A DNA stretch of 64,000 nucleotides from Chloroflexi bacterium UBA5189 (GCA_002413045.1 DHWF01000012.1:13365-77364), one strand, 5' to 3'. Numbered from the stretch's first letter, positions 39,168-50,516 are shown. Notes: a model not told the origin generated them from the letters alone. Made by a program: numbers and translations.

Positions 39168-40745
39168 ATGAGCGACCCCGCCCGCCCCGACTGGCATCCA
39201 GAGCCAGAGCTGATCTCGATCCGCGACGCCGCGACCTCCCGCGATGCGCTCCGCGACGCCGGCGCAGCGATCTGGGAGACGGCCCTCGACTACGTCTACG
39301 ACCACGCCTTCGTCCGGGCGATGGGCGAGCCGATCGAGTACGACGCGCTCCGATCGGTCTTCTTCGGGCCGAGCGGCGGGCCGGCCCCGGCACCGAACCA
39401 ACCAGCGGCGCTCCAGTCGGTCCTCGAGGAGTTCTCGACCCGCGTCGCGCCGCACACGGTCAGCGCGTACCACCCGCGCTCGTTCGGCTACTTCACCCCG
39501 CCGCCGCTCCTCGCGTCGGTGGCCGGCGAGATCCTGGCGCAGGTCGCCCAGCAGGGCATCGACATCTGGCACGCCGGCCCGATCGGCGCGTTCGTCGAGG
39601 AGGAGGTCCTGCGCTGGCTGTGCGACCTCGTCGGGTACGGCGCGGGCAGCTTCGGGATCCTGACCTCTGGCGGCGTGATGGCCAACTTCATCGCGATGGC
39701 GCTCGTGCGCGACGTCCACCTGCCGGCGGTCCGCGGGCTCGCGGCGCCGCCGCGTGGGCGCTCCCTCGAGGGCGTTCGCGTCTACGCCTCCGACCAGACC
39801 CACTTCTCGATCGGCCGCGCGCTCGACGAGCTCGGCTTCCCGCCCGAGACGCTGGTCGTCGTCCCGGCCGATGCCGACTTCCGCCTTCGCGGCGCGCCAG
39901 TCGCCGAGGCGATCGCCGAGGACCGCGCGGCCGGCCTCCAGCCGATCGCGATCGCGGCCGTCGCGGGCTCGACCAACACCGGGTCCGTCGATCGCATCGG
40001 TGAGCTCGCGGACGTGGCCGCTCGCGAGGGCCTGTGGCTGCACGTCGACGCCGCGTACGGGGCGGCGGCGCGCTTCTCGCCGCGCCATGCCGATCGTGTC
40101 GCGGACCTCGAACGCGCCGATTCCGTTACCGTCGACCCGCACAAGTGGCTGTTCCAGGCCTACGACCTGGGCGGCCTCGTCGTCCGCGACGGGAGCACGT
40201 TGGCGCGCGCCTTCGGGACGCGCCGGCCCGAGTACTACCGGGCCGGCCATGGGCCCGCCCCGGACACGCACGAGGACGATGGCCACGGCTCGGCCGATCA
40301 GCTCAACTTCTGGCGCCTCGGGTTCGAGGGCACTCGCCGCTGGCGCGCGCTCAAGCTGTGGCTGTCCTGGAAGCACATCGGGAGCGTCGGCTTCGGGGAG
40401 CTGGTCGCGGCCAACGTCGACCTTGCCGACCACCTGAGCGACCTCGTCGCGGCGGCCGATGACTTCGAGGCGCTGCCGGAGCGCCAGGAGCTGTCCGTCG
40501 TGTGCTTCCGGCACCTGCCCGGTGGCGCCGCGGTCGCGGCGCGGCTCGCCCCGGAGTCCCTCGACGCCCACCAGGACCGGCTCCAGCAGGCGCTCGAGCG
40601 CTCCGGCGACGGCTGGCTGTCGACGACGCGCCTGCGTGGCCGCACGTACCTCCGGGCCGGGATCCTCAACACGCAGTCGACGAAGGCGGACGTCGAGGCG
40701 CTCCTCGAGCTGCTGCGGGAGCTGGGTCAGGCGGTATCGGGGTAG
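39168..40745 (+). CDS. Group II pyridoxal-phosphate-dependent amino-acid decarboxylase
   Basis: ATG at 39168 (MSDPARPDW..). 'ILTSGGVMANFIA', 'LWLHVDAAYGAAA' and the PLP-lysine motif 'SVTVDPHKWLF' are present. Confidence 0.88.
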   Translation: MSDPARPDWHPEPELISIRDAATSRDALRDAGAAIWETALDYVYDHAFVRAMGEPIEYDALRSVFFGPSGGPAPAPNQPAALQSVLEEFSTRVAPHTVSAYHPRSFGYFTPPPLLASVAGEILAQVAQQGIDIWHAGPIGAFVEEEVLRWLCDLVGYGAGSFGILTSGGVMANFIAMALVRDVHLPAVRGLAAPPRGRSLEGVRVYASDQTHFSIGRALDELGFPPETLVVVPADADFRLRGAPVAEAIAEDRAAGLQPIAIAAVAGSTNTGSVDRIGELADVAAREGLWLHVDAAYGAAARFSPRHADRVADLERADSVTVDPHKWLFQAYDLGGLVVRDGSTLARAFGTRRPEYYRAGHGPAPDTHEDDGHGSADQLNFWRLGFEGTRRWRALKLWLSWKHIGSVGFGELVAANVDLADHLSDLVAAADDFEALPERQELSVVCFRHLPGGAAVAARLAPESLDAHQDRLQQALERSGDGWLSTTRLRGRTYLRAGILNTQSTKADVEALLELLRELGQAVSG

Positions 40746-40754
40746 GATCGCCGC

Positions 40755-41168
40755 ATGCGAACCGGCGCCCGACTCGAGAACCTGGCTCGGCGGATTGCGG
40801 GTGCCGCCCTCGGGATCGGATCGTTCATCGTGCTCATCGGCGCGAACGCGCCGGCGGCACTTGCGCCGAGGTCGATCCTCGACCTCAACGAGGCCGGCGG
40901 CGATACGAGCGCCGGTGGCACCGGTGGGACGCTCCTCGCGGAGTTCGGGCCGCTGCTGCTCATCGCCCTCGCCGTCGCGTTGGTGGTGCTCGTGGGCGCG
41001 GTCGTGATCCTGTTCCGGACCCGCGGCGCGGTCACCCCGCCGGCGAGCTCAGAGGGCTGGTGGACCTGCTCCAACTGTGGCGCCGGCAACATGGACGGCG
41101 CGGCGCGCTGCCACGCCTGCAGCACCTGGCGAGCCACCGCCCGACCGACCCCGACCGCCCAGCCGTAG
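40755..41168 (+). CDS. Membrane protein with a C-terminal RanBP2-like zinc ribbon
   Basis: Two hydrophobic segments are followed by 'WWTCSNCGAGNMDGAARCHACSTW' (W-x-C-x2-C-x3-N-x6-C-x2-C). It starts 10 nt after the decarboxylase gene. Confidence 0.55.
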   Translation: MRTGARLENLARRIAGAALGIGSFIVLIGANAPAALAPRSILDLNEAGGDTSAGGTGGTLLAEFGPLLLIALAVALVVLVGAVVILFRTRGAVTPPASSEGWWTCSNCGAGNMDGAARCHACSTWRATARPTPTAQP

Positions 41169-41171
41169 CGC

Positions 41172-42530
41172 CTACGAGTCCGGCGCGGCGACCTTCTCGC
41201 GGGCGGCCATGCGGTCGCGGAACCGGAAGAACTCGCCGGCGAACGGCAGGAACCACGGCCGGCCCTCGTATGGCGCGGGCACGATCGGGAAGCGCAGCTT
41301 CGCCAGCGCGGGCGCCTCGCCGCCGCCCATCCATTCAGCGGCGCGGGTGCCGAGCCAGTTCGACATGACGAGGCCCGTCCCCGAGTAGCCCATCGCGTAC
41401 ATCACGCCGCCCGCCCGCCCGATGTGCGGCATGCGGTCCATCGTGAGCGCGACCTTGCCGCCCCACGAGTACTCGACCTTGTAGCCGGCGAGCTGCGGGT
41501 GGACCTCGAGCATCCGCTTGTAGAGCAGCTTCGCCGTTCGATCGACGGTCGTCGGCATGAAGCTCACCCGGCCGCCGAACAGCATCCGGCGGTCCTTCGA
41601 CACGTGCCAGTACGAGAGGAAGTTCTTCGTGTCGAAGTAGGCCCGGCCGGTTGGCGAGAGCTCGCGCGCCAGGTCCTCCGGAAGCGGCTCGGTCGCGATG
41701 ATGTAGCTGCCGATCGGGATGATCCGCCGGCGCAGGGTCGGCGCGACGCCATCCGTATAGCCGTTCGTGGCCACGAGGATGTCCCTGGTGAGGATCGCGC
41801 CACGCTTCGTCTCGACCACGAACCGGCCGTCCGCCTGGCGCCGGATCGACGTCGCGCGGACGCCCTCGTGGAGCTCCGCGCCGGCTCGCTCGGCAAGGCC
41901 GACGAGCGCGACGAACCACTTCGCCGGGTGAACCACGCCCCCCACGTCGACCGCCAACCCGCCGTGGTACGCGCTGGTTCCGATCTCCGCCGCGAGCTGG
42001 TCATGCGGGATGGCCCGGGCCGTCGTGCCCACCTCCGCGAGCGCGGCGACCTCGGCGGGGAAGTCCTCCGCGTGCTTGCGGGCCCAGGCCAGCTCGAGGT
42101 ACCCGTTGAAGCGCAGCTCGGCGTCGATGCCCTGGTCGCGGACGATGCCGGCGAGCAGGTCCGTCGCCTGGACGGTCTCCGCGTACAGCGCGTGGGCGAG
42201 CTCGCGCCCGTGGCGCTTCACGAGCGTCTCGGGGCCCCACTTGAAGCCCGGGTGCGCGATGCCGCCGTTCCGGGTCGACGCGCCGAACCCGAGCGTGTTC
42301 GCCTCGAGCAGGACGGTTCGCGCGCCCTGGAGCGCGAGCTTGCGCGCGGCCGCGATGCCCGTGTAGCCACCGCCGATGACGATCGCGTCGACCGAATCCG
42401 GCAGGTCGCGGCCGCTCCGATCAGCGAGCTGGGGCATCGTGGCGTGCCAGTAGGCTCGGCGCTCGTAATCGCGGTTCAGCGGTGGAAGGCTGGGCATCCG
42501 CGACATCGTATCGGGCGCGCCGACCCGCAA
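41172..42530 (-). CDS. FAD-dependent oxidoreductase (DAO family; PuuB/gamma-glutamylputrescine-oxidase-like)
   Basis: The dinucleotide fold is 'DAIVIGGGYTGIAAARKLA..G..V.LLE'. 'ASTRNGG' and 'ATNGY' are present. It begins 7 nt after the pyrC stop. Confidence 0.85.
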   Translation of the reverse strand: MRVGAPDTMSRMPSLPPLNRDYERRAYWHATMPQLADRSGRDLPDSVDAIVIGGGYTGIAAARKLALQGARTVLLEANTLGFGASTRNGGIAHPGFKWGPETLVKRHGRELAHALYAETVQATDLLAGIVRDQGIDAELRFNGYLELAWARKHAEDFPAEVAALAEVGTTARAIPHDQLAAEIGTSAYHGGLAVDVGGVVHPAKWFVALVGLAERAGAELHEGVRATSIRRQADGRFVVETKRGAILTRDILVATNGYTDGVAPTLRRRIIPIGSYIIATEPLPEDLARELSPTGRAYFDTKNFLSYWHVSKDRRMLFGGRVSFMPTTVDRTAKLLYKRMLEVHPQLAGYKVEYSWGGKVALTMDRMPHIGRAGGVMYAMGYSGTGLVMSNWLGTRAAEWMGGGEAPALAKLRFPIVPAPYEGRPWFLPFAGEFFRFRDRMAAREKVAAPDS

Positions 42531-42537
42531 GCGTGCG

Positions 42538-43973
42538 TCAGCCGGCTTCGGGCGCCTCGAAGGCGAGCCGGCCGCCGGCGACCGTCAGCAGCACGCGCCC
42601 TGGCAGCTGGCGGCCGGACAGCGGATTCCCGTGGCCTCTCGTCCGGAGGCTCGCGGCGTCAACCAGCCAGCGATCCGTTCGGTCGAACACGACGAGATCG
42701 GCGAGGCTGCCGGCCGCGAACCCCGGGTTGCCGCCGACGCCGAGCGCGCGCGCCGGTCCGGTCGTGAGCGCCTCGACGAGACGGGCGAGCGGCACGAGCC
42801 CGGCATCAACCAGCTCCAGCAACACGCCCAGGGCGGTCTCGATCCCGGCGATCCCCGGCTTGGCCAGCCCGAACTCGACATCCTTGTCGACCTCGGTATG
42901 CGGCGCGTGGTCGGTCGCGAACGCGTCGATCGTGCCGTCGAGGAGGCCGGCGAGGCAGGCGCGCGCATCGACCGGCGAGCGGAGCGGCGGATTGACGCGC
43001 AGCGCGCTGTCGTACGGCGCCGCGACAAGTGCGGCGTCCCGCCACGGGTCACGGGCGCGGCCATCGGCGTCCAGCGCCTCCCAGGCCCAGCGACGCGCGC
43101 CGGCGAGCCACTCGTCGGTGAGGGCGAGGTGATGGGGCGTGACGTCGCAGGTGACCGGCAGGCCGGCGGTCTTCGCGCGACGAACGTGCTCGATCGAGGC
43201 CGCCGTCGAGAGATGGGTCAGGTGCAGGCGCGCGGACGGGACGTCCTGCACCACCTCGGCCAGAAGCGCGAGGTCGCGAGCGACCGCGCTCGACTCGGCC
43301 GCGCCCGGCCAGCCCTTGAGCCCCAGCACGGTCGCTGCGAGCCCGTCGTTCGCCTCGGCACCGGCCGTCAGGTCGAGGTTCTCCGGGTGGTCGACGATGG
43401 GCAGCCCGAGCATGCCCGCGTACGCGAGGGCATTCCGGAACAGCTCCGCGCGATGCACCGGCGAGCCGTCGTCGCTGAACCCGACGACTCCCGCGTCCGC
43501 GAGCTCGCCCAGTGGCGCGAGCTGCTCCCCTGCCCGCCCGAGCGTCGCGGCGCCATAGGCGAGCAGCGTCACCGGCGAGCCGGATGCGGCCGCTGCCGCG
43601 CGGGCCGCCGCGACCATCGCCGCGCGATCGATCGGCGGGGTCGTGTTCGGCATCGCGCAGACGGTGGTGAAGCCGCCGTGGGCCGCGGCCGCGAGCCCCG
43701 ACGCGATGGTCTCGGCGCCCTCGTTGCCAGGCTCGCGCAGGTGGGCGTGGAGGTCGATGAACCCGGGGGCCACGACCAGGCCCTGGTCGTCCGTGGCGCC
43801 GCCGTCGCCGGCCTCGAGCCACGTCAACGACGCGATGACGCCGTCCGTCACGACGAGGTCCGCTGCGCCCTGGCGCCCGGTCGAGGGATCGATGCACCAC
43901 GCACCGCTGAGATCGAGGTCGACCACTCGGCCGATGCTGGCGCCCGCGGCGCTCGTGGCCTCCACGGCCGTTG

Positions 43974-43977
<4 letters not shown>
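42538..43977 (-). CDS. pyrC: Dihydroorotase
   Basis: 'PGFIDLHAHLREPG', 'FTTVCAMPNT', 'FSDDG', 'HLTHLST', 'TCDVTPHHL' and 'FATDHAPH' are present. Its GTG start forms a GTGA overlap with the pyrB stop at 43974-43977. Confidence 0.9.
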
Positions 43978-45631
<1,654 letters not shown>

Positions 45632-45654
45632 TCAAGTCGGAGTGTATCGCCGGC

Positions 45655-46218
45655 TCAGTAGACCCGGACGGTCACCTGGGTCGTACCGGACCACGACCCG
45701 CAGCCGCAGATCCGGAAGAAGTCCGGCCGGTACATGTCGATGATCCGCCCAGTGGTCTTCGCCGGGCCGTAGTCCGAGACGACCGTCTCGATGCAGCCGC
45801 CGGCACCGCAGATCACGATCGTGGTGCCGCGCGGGACGTCGCGCATCGCCGTGGTCCCGTTGTCGTAGAACGAGGCGTACCCGGAGAGCGAGTAGCGGGG
45901 CTTCTTCCAGGTCCAGGTCGCCTTCGGGCCCTGGACGCGCGGCCGGGCGCGATCGTCGGGAGCGGCCGGTTGCCCGGGGCCAAGATCGGCGAACTGCGCG
46001 AAGACGCCGAGGACGCCATCCGACTGACCAGCGGCGTCGAAGACGATGTCTCCACTGACCTGCCGATCTCGCGTGGTCGCGAGGTAGATCTGTCCGAACA
46101 ACGCTGCGTCGATGGGCTTGTCCTGGCTCGGCTCATGAGAGCCGACGAGCCCCGGCACGGCGCCGAGCGCAAGCACCGCAGTGAGCGCGGCCCTTGCGAC
46201 CGTCCTGCTGGGTCGCAT
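45655..46218 (-). CDS. Secreted RlpA-like double-psi beta-barrel (DPBB) protein
   Basis: It has a signal peptide. The C-terminal 'SGYASFYDNGTTAMRDVPRGTTIVICGAGGCIETVVSDYGP...RIIDMYRPDF' resembles RlpA/expansin-like DPBB domains. Confidence 0.7.
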   Translation of the reverse strand: MRPSRTVARAALTAVLALGAVPGLVGSHEPSQDKPIDAALFGQIYLATTRDRQVSGDIVFDAAGQSDGVLGVFAQFADLGPGQPAAPDDRARPRVQGPKATWTWKKPRYSLSGYASFYDNGTTAMRDVPRGTTIVICGAGGCIETVVSDYGPAKTTGRIIDMYRPDFFRICGCGSWSGTTQVTVRVY

Positions 46219-46260
46219 CTGGCGCCACTGTACGGCATCCCGCTGCCCTGGCGCGAGAGG

Positions 46261-48027
46261 TCAGCGAACGATGAAGAGGTCCTTCGAGGGGATGGTCCGC
46301 ACCTCGCCGAAGTTGTCGTGCGACCAGCCGAGCACCTGGACCGAGCTCTCCTGGCCGTCCTGTCCGGGCGGGCTCACCCAGGCAAGACGACCCGCTTCGA
46401 TCGAGAAGCGGCGCAGCGCGGGCACACCAGGAAGCGGTGCGATCGATGGGTCGATGGCGCCGGTGGTTGGGTCGAGGACCTGCAGGTACAGCCGCCCGAC
46501 CGTGGCGTCATGGTCGTCGGCGACCCAGATCGCGAGCCGCGTGCCGGTGGGGTCGAACTTGCCGGTGAACGCCGCCGCGGGCCCCTCGACGATGGCGACG
46601 GGCGACCCGACCGGGCCGACGGGCGCGGTGGTGGCGGCCGGTTCGGCGGACGCATCGGGGCTCGCAACGGGCGTTGTCGCGACGCCGGTCGACCAGCCAT
46701 CGAGCACGAGGCTGCCCGTCCCGAGGCGCCAGTCGAGACCATCGGCGGTGGGCGTGAGGGTGCCGGACCAGAAGGCGACGAACCGGCGCGTCGGATCGAC
46801 GACCGGAAGCCACACGTCCGGCTGCGCGATGTCGGAGCGGACGAGGGTCGCGGGATCGAGCAGGAACGACGACGGGTGCGCCTCGACGGGAGGGGTAGTG
46901 GACGCGGCCGCATCGGCGCTCGGGTCCGGCGGCGTGGTCGACGGGTCGCCGGAGGCCAGCGGGGCGGCCGGCACGATCACGCTGCTGGCGAGGACCTGGT
47001 TGCCGAGCCACGAGGAGAAGTACGTCTGGTGATCGGTGGTCACGGGCACGGCGGTCGGGTCGCCGACGTGCCACAGGTACAGGTCCGGTCCGGTCGACCC
47101 GTCGCTCGGTCGCGCCGAGAAGGCCAGCCAATTGCCATTGTCGGAGTAGGCGGTCTCGCCGACCACGGTCACGCCGGACGCGATCTCGATCACCCCGTTC
47201 GGGATCGCCGAGGACGGGATCGGGCTCGGGCTCGCGGGCGCCGTCTCCGGGCCGCCGGATGCCGGCGCGCCGGTCGGCTCGACCTCCGGGGTCGCGGCGG
47301 GCGTTGCCGCGGGAACGGGCACGACGAGGATCTTGTTCTTGGCGGGGCCCTGGCCGAGCGACTCGACGACGAGCGTGTGCTCGTCGGGGGAGATGCTGAC
47401 GCTCGCGGGCGAGTTGCCGAGCGCGACCGGCCGGCCGTGTACGTCCTCACCGAGCGATTCGCAGCCGGACTGTGCAACCGGACAGACTGCGCCGACGTTG
47501 GTGATGACGAGCTCCCAGGAGCCGTCGCCGGTCTGTCGGACCCAGCCGACGCGGGCGGCGACCGGCGTGAACTGCGTCGGCTGGACGCCGACCGTCGGCG
47601 CGACCGCGACCTGCGTGTTCTGTGGCGACAACGGCCGCGGAATGATCGACGGCGCCACCGTGGCACCGATCACGACGAGCAGGACGAGGACGCCCGCCGC
47701 CGGGGCGAGCGGAAATCGGCGAGATGCGCTTGACGTCGACGGACGGGCAGGCCGGTGGCGCGCCTCGCGGTCGAGCGCGGCAGAGGTCCGCGCCCACAGG
47801 TCTCGTGGCGGCTCTGGCGTGTGGTCGCGGAGGGAGCGCAGGAGCTCGCGGTCGGCGAGGAAGGCCTCGCGGTCACGGCGACACTCGGCACAGCCGTCGA
47901 GGTGGCCGGCCAGCCAGCCCGCCTCCGACGCGTCGAGGGGTTCGAGCATCTCGATGGAGGTCAGCGCCCGGGCGCGATCGTGGGCGGACTCGTCGTCGTG
48001 GTGGCGGCGGCGGAACGGCAACGTCAT
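46261..48027 (-). CDS. Anti-sigma factor (ZAS) with a large extracytoplasmic domain
   Basis: The C-terminal 588 aa of the 811-aa track ORF. It overlaps the sigma gene with ATGA. The H-x3-C-x2-C motif is 'HLDGCAEC'. There is one TM segment ('LAPAAGVLVLLVVIGATVAP'). The outer domain is long, rich in Pro and Thr, and has TolB/propeller-like strands ('NGNWLAFSARPSDGSTGPDLYLW'). Confidence 0.75.
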   Translation of the reverse strand: MTLPFRRRHHDDESAHDRARALTSIEMLEPLDASEAGWLAGHLDGCAECRRDREAFLADRELLRSLRDHTPEPPRDLWARTSAALDREARHRPARPSTSSASRRFPLAPAAGVLVLLVVIGATVAPSIIPRPLSPQNTQVAVAPTVGVQPTQFTPVAARVGWVRQTGDGSWELVITNVGAVCPVAQSGCESLGEDVHGRPVALGNSPASVSISPDEHTLVVESLGQGPAKNKILVVPVPAATPAATPEVEPTGAPASGGPETAPASPSPIPSSAIPNGVIEIASGVTVVGETAYSDNGNWLAFSARPSDGSTGPDLYLWHVGDPTAVPVTTDHQTYFSSWLGNQVLASSVIVPAAPLASGDPSTTPPDPSADAAASTTPPVEAHPSSFLLDPATLVRSDIAQPDVWLPVVDPTRRFVAFWSGTLTPTADGLDWRLGTGSLVLDGWSTGVATTPVASPDASAEPAATTAPVGPVGSPVAIVEGPAAAFTGKFDPTGTRLAIWVADDHDATVGRLYLQVLDPTTGAIDPSIAPLPGVPALRRFSIEAGRLAWVSPPGQDGQESSVQVLGWSHDNFGEVRTIPSKDLFIVR

Positions 48028-48659
48028 CGGTCGCCCCTCGCCTCGCTGGCGAACCGCGCATCGCGTTCGGCCTCGGCCATGCGCTCGGCGTCCTTCTCGG
48101 CAGCAAGCGCCCTGCGCAGGCTCTCGCGGGCGCGGGTCAGGATGGCGCGGGCCGCGACGTGGCTGACGCCCATCGCCGCGGCCAGCTCGAGACCGGAGAG
48201 GTCGTGCAGCTCCGCGAGGAGGAGCGCGGCACGCTGTCGCTCGGGGATCGTGGCCAGGGCGCGCTCGAGCGGGCCGGAGAGGCGCAGGTCCATCGCGAGC
48301 CGCTCCGCGGACGGCGCGGCACCGTGCGATTCCCCGGTCCACGGGACCATCCGCAGGATCTTGCGGTGGCGCAGCTCGTCGAGCGCAACGCGATGGGCGA
48401 TCTGGTACAGCCACGCCCGTGCGTTCTCGTCCTTCTCCAGGGTGTCGTAGTTCTTGTAGGCCTTGATGAACGCGTCCTGGGTCAGGTCGGCGGCCAGCTC
48501 CGAGTCGCGCAGCATGCGCACGAGGTAGGCGTAGATCTCGGTGTGGTGCTTCGCGAACAGCGTGTCGACGAACGCGCGGGCCGTGTCCTGGTTCCAGGTC
48601 CGGCTCACGGCGCGGCCGGCGAGGATGGCCGCGGGTTGGCTGGTCGATTGTTCGAGCAC
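48024..48659 (-). CDS. ECF-type RNA polymerase sigma factor
   Basis: Region 2 is 'LAADLTQDAFIKAYKNYDTL...ARAWLYQIAHRVALDELR'. Region 4 is 'IPERQRAALLLAELHDLSGLELAAAMGVSHVAARAILTRARESL'. It has a GTG start. Confidence 0.88.
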   Translation of the reverse strand: MLEQSTSQPAAILAGRAVSRTWNQDTARAFVDTLFAKHHTEIYAYLVRMLRDSELAADLTQDAFIKAYKNYDTLEKDENARAWLYQIAHRVALDELRHRKILRMVPWTGESHGAAPSAERLAMDLRLSGPLERALATIPERQRAALLLAELHDLSGLELAAAMGVSHVAARAILTRARESLRRALAAEKDAERMAEAERDARFASEARGDR

Positions 48660-48768
48660 GATCGGTGGTCTTCCCTGGCGGCGACCGCGGCATCAATTGG
48701 GGTATACCGATGCTGGGCTGCGGCGTCGACCCGAGGGACGACCCGATCGGGGCCGGTGTGACGCTCGC

Positions 48769-49761
48769 TCACGTGCCGGCCCCGGCCCGGACCCCCGCTC
48801 GCTCGAGAAGCTGTTCGACCGCCGCCTCCGGCGAGACCGGGTTGACCGGCAGGCCGGTGCCCAGCTCCAGGCCGGCGATGTCGCGCAGCCTGGGGTGCAG
48901 CTCCCAGTGCCAGTGGAACGTAGCGTCGACGCGCTCGCGGACGGGCGCGGTGTGCAGCACGAGGTTGTACGGCGGGCCGTCGAGGCTGACGGCGAGGCCG
49001 CTGAGCACCTCGCGCAGCGCCGTGGCCGTGGCGTGGACCGCGGCATCGTCGGCTCGGCCGAAGTCGGCCTGGTGCGTACGCGGGACGACCCACACCTCGA
49101 ACGGCGAGCGCGAGCCCCACGGCGCGAAGGCCACGGTCGTGGCGTCCTCCCAGACGAGCCGCTCCCGTGTGCGTGCCTCGTCGCGGACGAGCCGGCACCA
49201 CGGGCACTCGCCCTCGCGAATGACGAACCGCGCGGCGCCCCCGAGCTCCTCGGCGACGCGATGCGGGATCAGGGGCAGGTCGTAGACGTCCAGGCACAGG
49301 TGGTTCGTTCGGGCGCCCGCCTGGGCCCCCCAGTTCTGGACGACCTGCACGTAGTCCGTCTGGGCGGCAGTGGTCGCGTCAGCGACGGCGTCGCGGGCGA
49401 TCCGAAGCATCTCCTCGGCCACGGTTCCGACCTGGGCGAGCGCGCGATGCTCGCGTGGCGGCGCCGCGATCGTCCGCCAGCTGCCCGCGGCCCGGGCATC
49501 TGCCACGGTCACCTGGGCGATGCCGCGGTCCAGCTCGTCCCGCTCCTGCTCCGTGCCGACGACGTGGAACGCGTAGTCCTTGAGGACCCGCAGACGGACC
49601 CCGTCGCCCTCCGGCAGGCGGCAGTTCTGGCAGTCGCCGCCGTCGTCGATGGTGGCGGCGGGGCGGGCGAACCGGCTCCGATCGAAATCGCGATCCACGA
49701 TCGTGGCGACCCACCAGCCCGTAATCGGATCCTTCCGCAGCTCGAACAGGCCCGCGCTCAT
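48769..49761 (-). CDS. Galactose-1-phosphate uridylyltransferase (GalT/HIT)-like protein with a variant active-site motif
   Basis: ATG at 49761 forms an ATGA overlap with the lipB stop. 'LRKDPITGWWV', the Zn-type 'CQNC' and two GalT-like halves ('FAPWGSRSPFEVWVVPRTH', 'FHWHWELHPRL') are present. The position of the canonical HPHGQ motif reads 'NHLCLD' (49305-49288). Confidence 0.7.
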   Translation of the reverse strand: MSAGLFELRKDPITGWWVATIVDRDFDRSRFARPAATIDDGGDCQNCRLPEGDGVRLRVLKDYAFHVVGTEQERDELDRGIAQVTVADARAAGSWRTIAAPPREHRALAQVGTVAEEMLRIARDAVADATTAAQTDYVQVVQNWGAQAGARTNHLCLDVYDLPLIPHRVAEELGGAARFVIREGECPWCRLVRDEARTRERLVWEDATTVAFAPWGSRSPFEVWVVPRTHQADFGRADDAAVHATATALREVLSGLAVSLDGPPYNLVLHTAPVRERVDATFHWHWELHPRLRDIAGLELGTGLPVNPVSPEAAVEQLLERAGVRAGAGT

Positions 49762-50477
49762 GCCGGGACCAGGTCCCGCTCCGTGGCCCAATCCAGCGGC
49801 GCGCCGATCGCCGCCGCGAATGCCTCCGCGAAGATCGCTCCGGCACGCTCCACGGCGGCGGTCGTGGGCGGCTCGGCGGTGCGGCCGAGCTCCTCCGCGA
49901 TCGACGTCGAGACGAGCCCGGGCATCCCGCACGGGTCGATCAGGTCGAAGTCGCGCAGGTCCGGGTCGATGTTGAGGGCGATCCCGTGGTAGCTGACGCC
50001 GCGCTCGATCCGGAGCCCGAGCGCACCGATCTTGCGATGCGGGCGCCCGTCGTCACCCTCGACCCAGCAGCCCGGGTGGCCGTCACGCCGGAACGTTGCG
50101 ACGCCGAGGCGAGCCGCGGTCTCGATCATGGCCGCCTCGAGCGCGGCGACGAGCGGCCGGACGAGCAGGCCGCGATCGGCGAGGCCGATGATCGGGTACG
50201 CGACCAATTGGCCCGGGCCGTGATAGGTCACCTCGCCGCCGCGCTCGACGCGGATGACCTCGATCCCGCGACGGGTCAGCTGCCGCGGCGTCGCAAGGAC
50301 GTGTTCAACGGCGGCCTGGCGCCCAAGGGTCAGGACCGGGTCGTGTTCCAGTACGAGCAGGCGATCGCCGATCTCGCCCGCGGCGCGCTGCGTGACGAGC
50401 TCCTTCTGGAGCGCCCACGCCTCCCGGTACCCGATCCGCCCGAGCCAGCGCGCGCCGATCGGAGCAGCCCGTTCCAT
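49758..50477 (-). CDS. lipB: Lipoyl(octanoyl) transferase
   Basis: 'LLVLEHDPVLTLGR', 'RGGEVTYHGPGQLVAYPI', 'HRKIGALGLRI' and 'SYHGIALN' are present. Confidence 0.92.
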   Translation of the reverse strand: MERAAPIGARWLGRIGYREAWALQKELVTQRAAGEIGDRLLVLEHDPVLTLGRQAAVEHVLATPRQLTRRGIEVIRVERGGEVTYHGPGQLVAYPIIGLADRGLLVRPLVAALEAAMIETAARLGVATFRRDGHPGCWVEGDDGRPHRKIGALGLRIERGVSYHGIALNIDPDLRDFDLIDPCGMPGLVSTSIAEELGRTAEPPTTAAVERAGAIFAEAFAAAIGAPLDWATERDLVPA

Positions 50478-50516
50478 GCGCGGGACGATAGCAGGGGCCC
50501 CTTCGCGGGCCGTTTG

